44,712 bases of DNA from the NCBI GenBank assembly GCA_964401875.1, contig CAYOAB010000001.1, forward strand, positions 1 to 44,712. The letters are read 5' to 3'. This document shows positions 1 to 6,791 of the stretch, one piece after another. Position 1 is the first letter of the stretch. Each line of letters starts with the position of its first letter. The notes under the pieces were generated by a model, which worked only from the letters and a program-made list of their open reading frames with translations, searched no databases and was not told the origin of the DNA. Source of the stretch: Candidatus Micrarchaeota archaeon. Its GTDB lineage: Archaea > Micrarchaeota > Micrarchaeia > CAILAH01. Position numbers and translations under genes: made by a program.

Positions 1-344
1 AAAATATCTGGCGAAGCTAATTTTGTAGAACCATTTGAAACTCTATCAAATTCTTTAGCATCACAACCGCCTTTTTGTAAGGCCATACCAGCAGCGACAA
101 ATTCTTTTCCTTTCAAATCTAATACAGCTTTATGTAATGCTTCTCCGAATTTTTCATTTATAGGTTGTCCATCATTTGTTTTGATGTAAAGAAACATTTT
201 GCCATTTTCTTGTGCAATAGTTACTTGATGATCTTTTAAATTAGGTTGTTTTTGAATTATAGTGTTTAATTGTTCTGATGCTTTTTGCATGATTTGTATT
301 TGTTCTTTAGAAAATTCTTCATTTTTAACTTGTACTTCTACCAT
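1..344 (-). CDS. hypothetical protein, N-terminal ~114 aa only (ORF runs off window start)
   Basis: Not in the supplied ORF track. Hand translation of the minus strand gives ATG at 344-342 (MVEVQVKNEEFSKEQIQIMQKASEQLNTII...GGCDAKEFDRVSNGSTKLASPDI). There is no stop in this frame down to position 3 and the composition is ordinary. No family recognised. Confidence 0.5.
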   Translation of the reverse strand, partial: MVEVQVKNEEFSKEQIQIMQKASEQLNTIIQKQPNLKDHQVTIAQENGKMFLYIKTNDGQPINEKFGEALHKAVLDLKGKEFVAAGMALQKGGCDAKEFDRVSNGSTKLASPDI

Positions 345-404
345 GAACTGAAATCTCACTTTAATTTAATAAAGTTTTCGAACTTAAAAAATCTGTAATA
401 TCAT

Positions 405-556
405 GCGGATATAGTATAGCCTGGTAGTACATGGCCTTGCCAACACTGCGGAAGGGGGAGTACCCCCTTCCCCGAGTGATCTGCCCCAACCCCCCATGCG
501 GTGGCTTGAGGTATTGTGAAAAGGCTAAAGCTCGGGTTCAAATCCCGATATCCGCA
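405..556 (+). tRNA. tRNA-Gly(GCC) with ~79-nt intron at canonical 37/38 position
   Basis: Cloverleaf folded by hand. Acceptor is GCGGATA/TATCCGC and the D-arm is GTAT-AGCCTGGTA-GTAC. The anticodon stem is TGGCC (432-436)/GGCTA (523-527) and the loop is TTGCCAA, giving anticodon GCC. The variable loop is AAGC, the T-arm is TCGGG-TTCAAAT-CCCGA and the discriminator is A556. No CCA is encoded. Mature length is 73 nt after removing 443-521. Confidence 0.8.
443..521 (+). other. tRNA-Gly intron (GC-rich, hairpin-containing)
   Basis: This segment separates anticodon-loop A37 from A38/GGCTA; the boundary is ambiguous by 1 nt. It contains the hairpin GGAAGGGGG-AGTA-CCCCCTTCC (450-471). It is homologous to the start of the T-loop insertions at 1120 and 1455 (ACTGCGG...CCGAGT). 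Confidence 0.7.
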
Positions 557-559
557 TAT

Positions 560-618
560 AAGGGGCGCATCCGCCCCCTTTAAGACCCCCGGTATTTTCG
601 CCTCCGTGAGGCGAAAAT
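560..618 (+). other. two strong GC-rich stem-loops 3' of tRNA-Gly, followed by a T-run
   Basis: The first is GGGGCG-CATC-CGCCCC (562-577). The second is ATTTTCGCCTC-CGT-GAGGCGAAAAT (594-618). TATTTATTTT follows. Function is unknown; it may be a processing or termination signal, or another member of the hairpin-module family. Confidence 0.45.
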
Positions 619-710
619 GTGAAATATTTATTTTGAGAGAACACGGAAAAGAAACTAATTATTTTTGAAAATAAATATAGACTAATTATAAGTTCAAAGA
701 ATTAGAAATA

Positions 711-775
711 ACTTCGACCTCTGGTCTAATTTTGGGATTGAACCCTTTTACGCCAAGACCTATGCAGTTGTAATT
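711..775 (+). repeat. 65-nt leader repeat, copy A (upstream of 3'-half unit 2)
   Basis: ACTTCGACCTCTGGTCTAATTTTGGGATTGAACCCTTTTACGCCAAGACCTATGCAGTTGTAATT is near-identical to 1294-1358, with one T/G difference. An AT-rich TATA-like sequence (AAATAAATATAG / TAATTATAAG, 671-692) lies upstream. Confidence 0.8.
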
Positions 776-799
776 TGGACTTGTCGGAAAAGGGTCAAA

Positions 800-984
800 G
801 GCTAAAGCTCGGGTTCAAATATTGATTTTCGAAGAAAAGCAATATGTCTGTTTTCCAAAGGAAAACGAACATGCCATTCGCTTATAGCGAATAAGCATGC
901 CATTTGAAAATCAAATGAACATCCCGATATCCGCATTTGCGAAGCAAATGAGGAGGCCGTAAACAAAGTTTACGAGCATCCGCA
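800..984 (+). ncRNA. tRNA-Gly 3'-half unit 2, with a T-loop insertion and a candidate acceptor-strand insertion; no 5' half in cis
   Basis: Exon-like pieces are GGCTAAAGCTCGGGTTCAAAT (800-820) and TCCCGATA(TCCGCA) (922-935), with a second TCCGCA at 979-984 followed by CTT plus a T-run. The ~100-nt insertion (821-921) has ends that can pair: TGATTTTC 823-830 with GAAAATCA 906-913, and exon TTCA 814-817 with TGAA 916-919. Confidence 0.5.
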
Positions 985-1098
985 CTTACTAATTTTATTT
1001 TGTAAAAATATTATTAATTATAAAAATGGTCAGAGGGTCATTAGGGGGTTAAGGGGGAGCATCCCCCTTCCCGTCCTGCAGGGGCGGAACCCTGCAAA

Positions 1099-1271
1099 GG
1101 CTAAAGCTCGGGTTCAAATATACTGCGGGAGGGGGAAACCCCCTCCCCCGAGTATCTGTCTATTCGGCAAATCCGAATGACATGCTACAAACGTTCGCGT
1201 TTGTGAGCATCTGCCCCTACCCCCTTTGGAGGTATGCAGTTGTGCTTATATTGAAATTCCCGATATCCGCA
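1099..1271 (+). ncRNA. tRNA-Gly 3'-half unit 3, with a ~138-nt T-loop insertion; no 5' half in cis
   Basis: GGCTAAAGCTCGGGTTCAAAT (1099-1119) and TCCCGATATCCGCA (1258-1271) match the tRNA-Gly exon 2 sequence exactly. TTCAAATAT (1113-1121) can pair with ATATTGAA (1248-1255). A TATA-like TTATAAAAA (1019-1027) lies upstream, and CTTGTTTTT follows the unit. Confidence 0.5.
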
Positions 1272-1293
1272 CTTGTTTTTCGTTTTATAATAT

Positions 1294-1358
1294 ACTTCGA
1301 CCTCTGGTCGAATTTTGGGATTGAACCCTTTTACGCCAAGACCTATGCAGTTGTAATT
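1294..1358 (+). repeat. 65-nt leader repeat, copy B (upstream of 3'-half unit 4)
   Basis: Near-identical to 711-775. Here it is separated from the shared GGACTTGTCGGAAAAGGGTCAAAGGCTA segment by an extra 52-nt insertion (1359-1410) that is absent from unit 2. Confidence 0.8.
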
Positions 1359-1433
1359 CCACTTTTTGCAAGGCAATAAGGGGTGCCATTTGGCGAAGCC
1401 GAATAAGCATGGACTTGTCGGAAAAGGGTCAAA

Positions 1434-1710
1434 GGCTAAAGCTCGGGTTCAAATATACTGCGGGAGGGGGAAACCCCCTCCCCCGAGTATCTGTCTATTC
1501 GGCAAATCCGAATGACATGCCACAAACGTTCGCGTTTGTGAGCATCTGCCCCTACCCCCTTTGGAGGTAGGCAGTTGTGCTTATATTGAAATTCCCGATA
1601 TGTTTTATGCGAAGCATAAAATATGTCTATTTTCCTTTGGAAAATGATCATGCCATTCGGCTTCGCCGAATTAACATGCCGTAAATACAAAGTATTTACG
1701 AGCATCCGCA
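1434..1710 (+). ncRNA. tRNA-Gly 3'-half unit 4, with a T-loop insertion and an acceptor-3'-strand insertion; no 5' half in cis
   Basis: Exon pieces are GGCTAAAGCTCGGGTTCAAAT (1434-1454), TCCCGATA (1593-1600) and TCCGCA (1705-1710). Joined, they reproduce the tRNA-Gly 3' half exactly. The acceptor strand is unambiguously interrupted after CCCGATA by 104 nt (1601-1704). Confidence 0.55.
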
Positions 1711-1743
1711 CTTATTTTTATATTTTACGAATGAAATAAACAT

Positions 1744-2166
1744 ATGAAAAACTTGGCCTTTTTTGGATTATATGAAAATCTCTTCATAGTATTAAAAGAA
1801 GAACAAGGGGAAGAAATGGCCCTTAACATCTTTAGAAAAGTTATGGAGAAAGGATTGAAAACAACATATGATAAAATGGGATTTGAAAAAGGTAATGTTA
1901 ATGATTTTGTTAGGGTTTTAACAGAAAGAGATAATAGTGTTGGGCTAAGAGTAGAATTTCCGGAAATTACAGAAAATAAAATAGTGTACCAATTTTATGA
2001 TGATCCATTTCCAGGGTTAAAAGGGAGAGTTGAACATGAGAAATTGGATGATACTTTTATCTCGTTTAAAATTAAACATATTTTGGGAAATGAATGGAAA
2101 TATAAAACAACTAAACATGCCTGGGATGGAAATGAATACACAGAATATGTAATCACACGCATTTAG
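1744..2166 (+). CDS. hypothetical protein (140 aa)
   Basis: Clean ORF with ordinary composition and an ATG start after an AT-rich promoter-like region. No family recognised. Its 3' end overlaps the convergent topA by 14 nt. Confidence 0.6.
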   Translation: MKNLAFFGLYENLFIVLKEEQGEEMALNIFRKVMEKGLKTTYDKMGFEKGNVNDFVRVLTERDNSVGLRVEFPEITENKIVYQFYDDPFPGLKGRVEHEKLDDTFISFKIKHILGNEWKYKTTKHAWDGNEYTEYVITRI

Positions 2167-4156
2167 GATTGGCACATTTGACAACTTTTCTTTTGCTTAA
2201 AATGTAAGTCATTATGGGCCCGCCGCACTTTGGACATTTCTCAACAAACGTGGCCTTCTTGATTGTGGAAGGAAGAGGGTATGCGTTTTTACAATTAGGG
2301 TAATTGGAACAACCTATGAATATTCTTTTATCCCTTGTTGGCCTTACAATTAAGTTACCAGTTTTACATAAATTACAAGGCATAACATAATTTTCCATTC
2401 TTTCACTTTGGTAATATGCAGTTCTTAACTCTTTACCAATGTTATCACTATTCTTTTTGAAATCGTCAATTATTTTCAATATTATTTTCTTGGCATCGTT
2501 AACTACATTTTCCTCTTTCTCTTTATTTTCTTGTATCTTCTCAACTTTCTCTTCAAATTCACGTGTTAAGTTTTCATCTAAAATATCTTTACAATACTTT
2601 GAAAGAGTTTCATGAACGGCCATACCTAATAAACTAACTTCAATACTTTTAGATTTAACATATTCACGTTGGAATAAAATATCAATAATTGTTGCACGTG
2701 TTGCCTTAGTACCTAAGTTATACTTTTCAAGTTCCTTAATTAGGGAAGTTGCAGTGTAACGTTTAGGTGGTTGAGTTTTCTTTTCCTCTTTACTTAACTT
2801 GTCAACAGTTATTTCTTCTTTTTCTTTTAACTTTGGAAGTGTTTGTTCATCAGCTGAATAATATTTACCATAAAGTTCAATCCATCCTGGAGTTAAAACA
2901 ACAATACCTTTTCCAATGTACTTTTCATTACCCAATTTCAAAACAGCTTTAGTAGATTGTTTAACTGCTGGGTCACCGAAACAAGCAAGGAACCTGCGCA
3001 CGATTAAATCATATAACTTCTTTTCTCTTTCACCTACATTTACTTGTATACCTGTTGGGTGAATTGCTGGGTGTGCCGGGTCTGATTTCTTACCATTGTT
3101 AGGTTTATACTTATTATTTTGAATTAAGAAATTGGCTTCCTTTGAGTATAAATGATTGTTTGATAACTTTTGAATTATAGATTTCAAATCAATTGAGGGG
3201 GGATACTGTTGTGAACTTGTACGCGGGTAACTTATCATTGAACTTTCATAAAGAGTTTGCGTTAATGCTAAAACATCTTTAGGTGCAAACCTGTGCACCC
3301 TGTACGCTTCAATCTGTAATGATGTTAAATCAAATGGAACTGGTGGTGCCACTTTAAATTCATTAACTTGTAATGATTCAACTTTACCTTTCTTATCAGA
3401 ATTTTTTAATGCAGTTTCTGCTTCTTTTTCATCCCAAAACTTTTCCTTCTCATGTACAAATTGTACTTTTTTATATTCTGCAAAAAGTTGCCAATAAGGT
3501 TTTGAAACGAACTTTTGAATTTCCTTTTCCCTTTTAACTAAAATGTCAAGAGAAGGTCCTTGCACACGTCCAATACTTAAATTTTTTCTTAAACCTGCAT
3601 TACGTGCACATTGACTTAACGCTCTGCTTATGTTTATACCCCAAAACCAATCTAACATGTGCCTCGTTTCACCTGCTATGGCATTACTATAATCAAGTTC
3701 AGTCATGTTTTCATATGCTGAAACAATATCTGATTTAGTTAATGCAGAGAATTTCATTCTCATACCCGTATCAGAACCTGCGGCAAAACGTATAGCATTG
3801 TAACCTATAAGAGAACCTTCAACATCATAATCGCACGCTGAAACGAACATGTCACAATCATCTGAAAGTTTAGAAATTAAATCAATGTAATCTTTAGTGT
3901 ACGCTGCTTGTTTGTTTGATTGGTATGCGGGAACCCATTCAATGTCAAAAACAGGAATTGCATAACCTTTACTTTTTTGTTCAAGTGAATATATGTGCCC
4001 TACTGCACTTACCACAATTAATTTATCATTTCCGTAAGTTGTTTCATAATAAGAAATTCCTTTTATATTTTTTCTTTTAACGTTATCCCCTAAAAAAGTT
4101 GCTATTTTTTCAGCCACTTTTGGTTTCTCTGCAATAATCATTATGGATTTGTTCAC
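2153..4156 (-). CDS. topA: type IA DNA topoisomerase (Topo I/III-like) with C-terminal zinc ribbons
   Basis: N-terminal Toprim domain (MIIAEKPKVA..., acidic cluster ACDYDVEGSLIG). Active-site Tyr motif ISYPRTSSQ. C-terminal Cys4 ribbons: CNLCKTG...CSNYPNC and CPKCGG...CANPKC. Confidence 0.9.
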   Translation of the reverse strand: MNKSIMIIAEKPKVAEKIATFLGDNVKRKNIKGISYYETTYGNDKLIVVSAVGHIYSLEQKSKGYAIPVFDIEWVPAYQSNKQAAYTKDYIDLISKLSDDCDMFVSACDYDVEGSLIGYNAIRFAAGSDTGMRMKFSALTKSDIVSAYENMTELDYSNAIAGETRHMLDWFWGINISRALSQCARNAGLRKNLSIGRVQGPSLDILVKREKEIQKFVSKPYWQLFAEYKKVQFVHEKEKFWDEKEAETALKNSDKKGKVESLQVNEFKVAPPVPFDLTSLQIEAYRVHRFAPKDVLALTQTLYESSMISYPRTSSQQYPPSIDLKSIIQKLSNNHLYSKEANFLIQNNKYKPNNGKKSDPAHPAIHPTGIQVNVGEREKKLYDLIVRRFLACFGDPAVKQSTKAVLKLGNEKYIGKGIVVLTPGWIELYGKYYSADEQTLPKLKEKEEITVDKLSKEEKKTQPPKRYTATSLIKELEKYNLGTKATRATIIDILFQREYVKSKSIEVSLLGMAVHETLSKYCKDILDENLTREFEEKVEKIQENKEKEENVVNDAKKIILKIIDDFKKNSDNIGKELRTAYYQSERMENYVMPCNLCKTGNLIVRPTRDKRIFIGCSNYPNCKNAYPLPSTIKKATFVEKCPKCGGPIMTYILSKRKVVKCANPKCV

Positions 4157-4208
4157 AAAGTTATTGAAAAGGGGAATTATTTAAATTTTCATGTTTTAAG
4201 AGAAAAAT

Positions 4209-4529
4209 ATGTTTCCAGGAAATCCAAGACAAATGCAACAAATGCTTAAACAGATGGGAATCAAATCCCGTGAGATTGATGCTAATAAAGTTATTATAGA
4301 AGGTAAAGATGGTACTAATATTATAATAGAACAACCTTCAATAACTGAAATGGACATGAAAGGCGAAAAGAATTTTACAATTGCGGGTAAAGTTAGAGAA
4401 GAAACAGCAATAAATGAAGAAGATGTTAGTTTAATTATGGAAGCAACAAATGTTAAAAGAGAAGAGGCAATTAAAGCACTTAAAGAAGAAGGAGATGTCG
4501 CAAGTGCCATAGTAAAATTAAAAGAATAA
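4209..4529 (+). CDS. nac: nascent polypeptide-associated complex protein (archaeal NAC, NAC + UBA domains)
   Basis: N-terminus NPRQMQQMLKQMGIK with the typical NAC beta-barrel region, and a C-terminal UBA-like EDVSLIMEATNVKREEAIKALKEEGDVASAIVKL. Confidence 0.9.
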   Translation: MFPGNPRQMQQMLKQMGIKSREIDANKVIIEGKDGTNIIIEQPSITEMDMKGEKNFTIAGKVREETAINEEDVSLIMEATNVKREEAIKALKEEGDVASAIVKLKE

Positions 4530-4532
4530 AAA

Positions 4533-6191
4533 TTAGAAATATTTTTTATAAACAAACCATGAAATGAAAAAAATAATTACAATTCCAACAACTGGAAGAA
4601 GTAATGAATTTTCATTTTCCTTTTCTTGTTCTGGGGAAATACAAGTACACTCTTCAAAAATAACATTTGCATTATTACATGAATCTATACAAACCCCTTT
4701 TTTCACACCTGTTGTTGAATTAGAAGGACATAAACATTCTTCCCAAACATAGTCTACACATCCCGTAGAAATACATTCCTCTTCAGTTTCATTCACAGTT
4801 ATATCTTCAATGAGTTCATCTCCTACTGGAATTTCTTCTTCTGGCGGTTCCTCTTCAAATGGAGGTTCTTCCTCAGGAGGAACTTCCTCTTCGGGAGGAA
4901 CATCATTCACTGGTGGTTCCTCTTCAGGAGGTATTTCTTCAGGTGGCACTTCTTCTGGTGGTGGTTGTTCAATTACACAAACATTATTAATACAAATTCC
5001 TTCAACACAATCTGAATCTTTACAACATTCATAATTTATCCACATATGATTTGAAACATAACCACAATCACTTTTTTGTTCAACTAATGTACACCACCCT
5101 TCTTTACAATATTCATTGTTTTCACAATCATTATCAACACCACATTCATGAGCAGATAAAAGTATTGAATTCAAAGGTAATCCATTAACTACAAGATTCT
5201 TATCTGTAAAAATACCTTTTGCTGAAAGTGAAACTAAACTGAAATTAAAATACACTGCAGGTGCAGGTGAATCTATTTGTAAATCATCTGAAATAACATA
5301 TTCAACTAAGAAATAATATGGACTAGATTCAATATAATCCCCAGTAATTGTTTCATCAATATCAAATGAAATTAAACCATCATCACCATCATAAACTTGA
5401 GTTGAAATTAATTGTTTATTTTCATTTATTATTGAATAAAGATTTACTTGTTTTATATCTATTTGTTCATTTGCATTAGTTCCTGTTGCTTGAATCTTCA
5501 AATTAGTGATTTTATAATTTTCTTCATTATTTGTTATTACTTTTATTTTCATCATTTGAACATTTGAGTAAGGGGGATACATCTCAACATTTTCTAAAAT
5601 TTCCTTTGAAATTGAAATAGATTTTGGGTTGGACCAATAATTAATTGAATGTGTTCTTGCCCATGATGGCCCCACTGGAGAATCTGCTGGGAAATCGCCT
5701 ATTAATCCTAAAGTACTATCATATGCAGATACAGTAATGTTTGGACCATAAACTGTTTTATCCTCTAAATCTCTTACCAAACCTAACATGTTAAAAGGAA
5801 TTGTTAATTCACCTGCCCAGGGAAGAGATTTACCTATACCTGAATCTACATAATATTCCATGGCTCCATAGGAATACCCAGAAACAGTTTCATCACGTTT
5901 AATGAAAATTAACGGTTCATGTGCATCATTTTGATTGTTTGCATTAAGATCAACAAATATCCTGAACATATCACTAGCAGAATAAGTATAATCCTTAATG
6001 TAAAAACGGAAATACATTTTATCATTGTAATACCCAGTACAAAAAGTTAATTTTTCCACTTCGTATTCAAAACAAGTTTCACGAACATCTTCTTGTGCAT
6101 TAAGAATAGGAGTTCCGCTTAACCTTTGAAATTCCATATCAGTAGCATAAAATAAACCTACAAATAAAAGAAATAATAGTAGCTTTTTCAT
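4533..6191 (-). CDS. membrane-anchored surface protein with Cys-rich module and Pro/Glu repeat linker
   Basis: Signal peptide MKKLLLFLLFVGLFYA. Cys-rich segment (CGVDNDCENNEYCKEGWC...CCKDSDCVEGICINNVC). PPEE-type repeats. C-terminal TM anchor LLLPVVGIVIIFFISWFVY followed by KKYF. Confidence 0.7.
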   Translation of the reverse strand: MKKLLLFLLFVGLFYATDMEFQRLSGTPILNAQEDVRETCFEYEVEKLTFCTGYYNDKMYFRFYIKDYTYSASDMFRIFVDLNANNQNDAHEPLIFIKRDETVSGYSYGAMEYYVDSGIGKSLPWAGELTIPFNMLGLVRDLEDKTVYGPNITVSAYDSTLGLIGDFPADSPVGPSWARTHSINYWSNPKSISISKEILENVEMYPPYSNVQMMKIKVITNNEENYKITNLKIQATGTNANEQIDIKQVNLYSIINENKQLISTQVYDGDDGLISFDIDETITGDYIESSPYYFLVEYVISDDLQIDSPAPAVYFNFSLVSLSAKGIFTDKNLVVNGLPLNSILLSAHECGVDNDCENNEYCKEGWCTLVEQKSDCGYVSNHMWINYECCKDSDCVEGICINNVCVIEQPPPEEVPPEEIPPEEEPPVNDVPPEEEVPPEEEPPFEEEPPEEEIPVGDELIEDITVNETEEECISTGCVDYVWEECLCPSNSTTGVKKGVCIDSCNNANVIFEECTCISPEQEKENENSLLLPVVGIVIIFFISWFVYKKYF

Positions 6192-6221
6192 AAATAAAAA
6201 TCATTAGAAATATTATTAAAC

Positions 6222-6791
6222 TTAATAAAAAGATTTCACTTTATCTTTAATGAGAATAAATATTATATATCCTAATATAAAAAATATTGTTGAAAATATA
6301 ATTGCAAATTCAAAATTTTCACTTAAAAGAGTTAATGCATCTTGCCCGAAATGTAATATAAGAATAGCTTCTGCGAAAAAACGCATGCCTCTTGAAATGA
6401 GTGCAATTAAAAATAATTTTTTAATATCAAAATTCATAGCTCCTGAAAGAATAGTAAATACCTTGTAAGGTATGGGACTGAATCCTGCAATGAAAACACC
6501 AAATGAACCATGTTTAGTAAATATATTTTTTGCCTTAATTATTTGTTCCTTTCTAAAAAGTTTTGAAAGAATTTTATCACCTAAAAATTTACCTAAATAA
6601 AATCCTAAAATTGAACCTAAAGCAGAACCTAAAGTTGTAATGAAAGCAAAATATAATGAATTTTCAGGAGAAGAAAGAGCAAGAGGAATTAAAATTATAT
6701 CTGGAGGTAAAGGGAAAAAAACTGATTCAATGAACGCAACAATGAATAAACCTAAAGCACCCAAATTCAACCAGAAATCAATATCAAACAC
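6222..6791 (-). CDS. DedA/VTT (SNARE-associated, YqaA-like) family membrane protein
   Basis: Multi-TM protein with the family-typical N-terminal FIESVFFPLPPDIILIPL motif. About 190 aa. Confidence 0.7.
   Translation of the reverse strand: MFDIDFWLNLGALGLFIVAFIESVFFPLPPDIILIPLALSSPENSLYFAFITTLGSALGSILGFYLGKFLGDKILSKLFRKEQIIKAKNIFTKHGSFGVFIAGFSPIPYKVFTILSGAMNFDIKKLFLIALISRGMRFFAEAILILHFGQDALTLLSENFEFAIIFSTIFFILGYIIFILIKDKVKSFY

Noticed and set aside
734-745. Minus-strand GGGTTCAATCCC (also at 1317-1328) as the T-arm of a minus-strand tRNA
   Set aside because: Only 3 bp of stem with a 6-nt loop are possible. I could build no acceptor, D-arm or anticodon arm around it on the minus strand.
443-1704. 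C/D-box sRNA or ribozyme (hammerhead-type) motifs inside the insertions
   Set aside because: No RUGAUGA...CUGA box pairs and no CUGAUGA/GAAA hammerhead cores were seen. This was a by-eye check only.
1182-1711. ORF-track entries 1182-1379 (+), 1185-1376 (-) and 1436-1711 (-) inside the tRNA-Gly repeat region, two of which share the peptide YREFQYKHNC.PPKGVGADAHKRERL
   Set aside because: Both strands are open over the same DNA. The shared peptide simply reflects the duplicated nucleotide modules. The region is made of GC-rich hairpins and tRNA exon fragments with compensatory stem changes, which points to selection at the RNA level rather than the protein level.
405-1717. Possible CRISPR array, because a ~24-nt sequence recurs four times
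   Set aside because: The spacing is irregular (277, 299 and 335 nt). The repeat is a tRNA T-arm and anticodon-stem segment. The 'spacers' share homologous modules with each other. No cas genes or leader are present.
405-1717. Serial integration of a mobile element at the tRNA-Gly 3' end (att duplications) as the full explanation for the repeated 3' halves
   Set aside because: I did not adopt this as the primary model. No integrase or element remnant lies between the copies, which are only about 300 nt apart. The copies carry different structured insertions with compensatory changes. It remains a formal alternative and is listed in the finding.
4196-4555. 119-aa ORF (-) overlapping nac
   Set aside because: It is antisense to a clearly recognisable NAC gene, and its Ser/Leu/Ile-rich composition is typical of a shadow ORF.
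4810-5034. Ser/Gly-rich 74-aa ORF (+), together with 4564-4752 (+)
   Set aside because: Both are antisense to the Pro/Glu repeat and C-terminal region of the well-supported 552-aa surface protein. They are low-complexity mirror translations.
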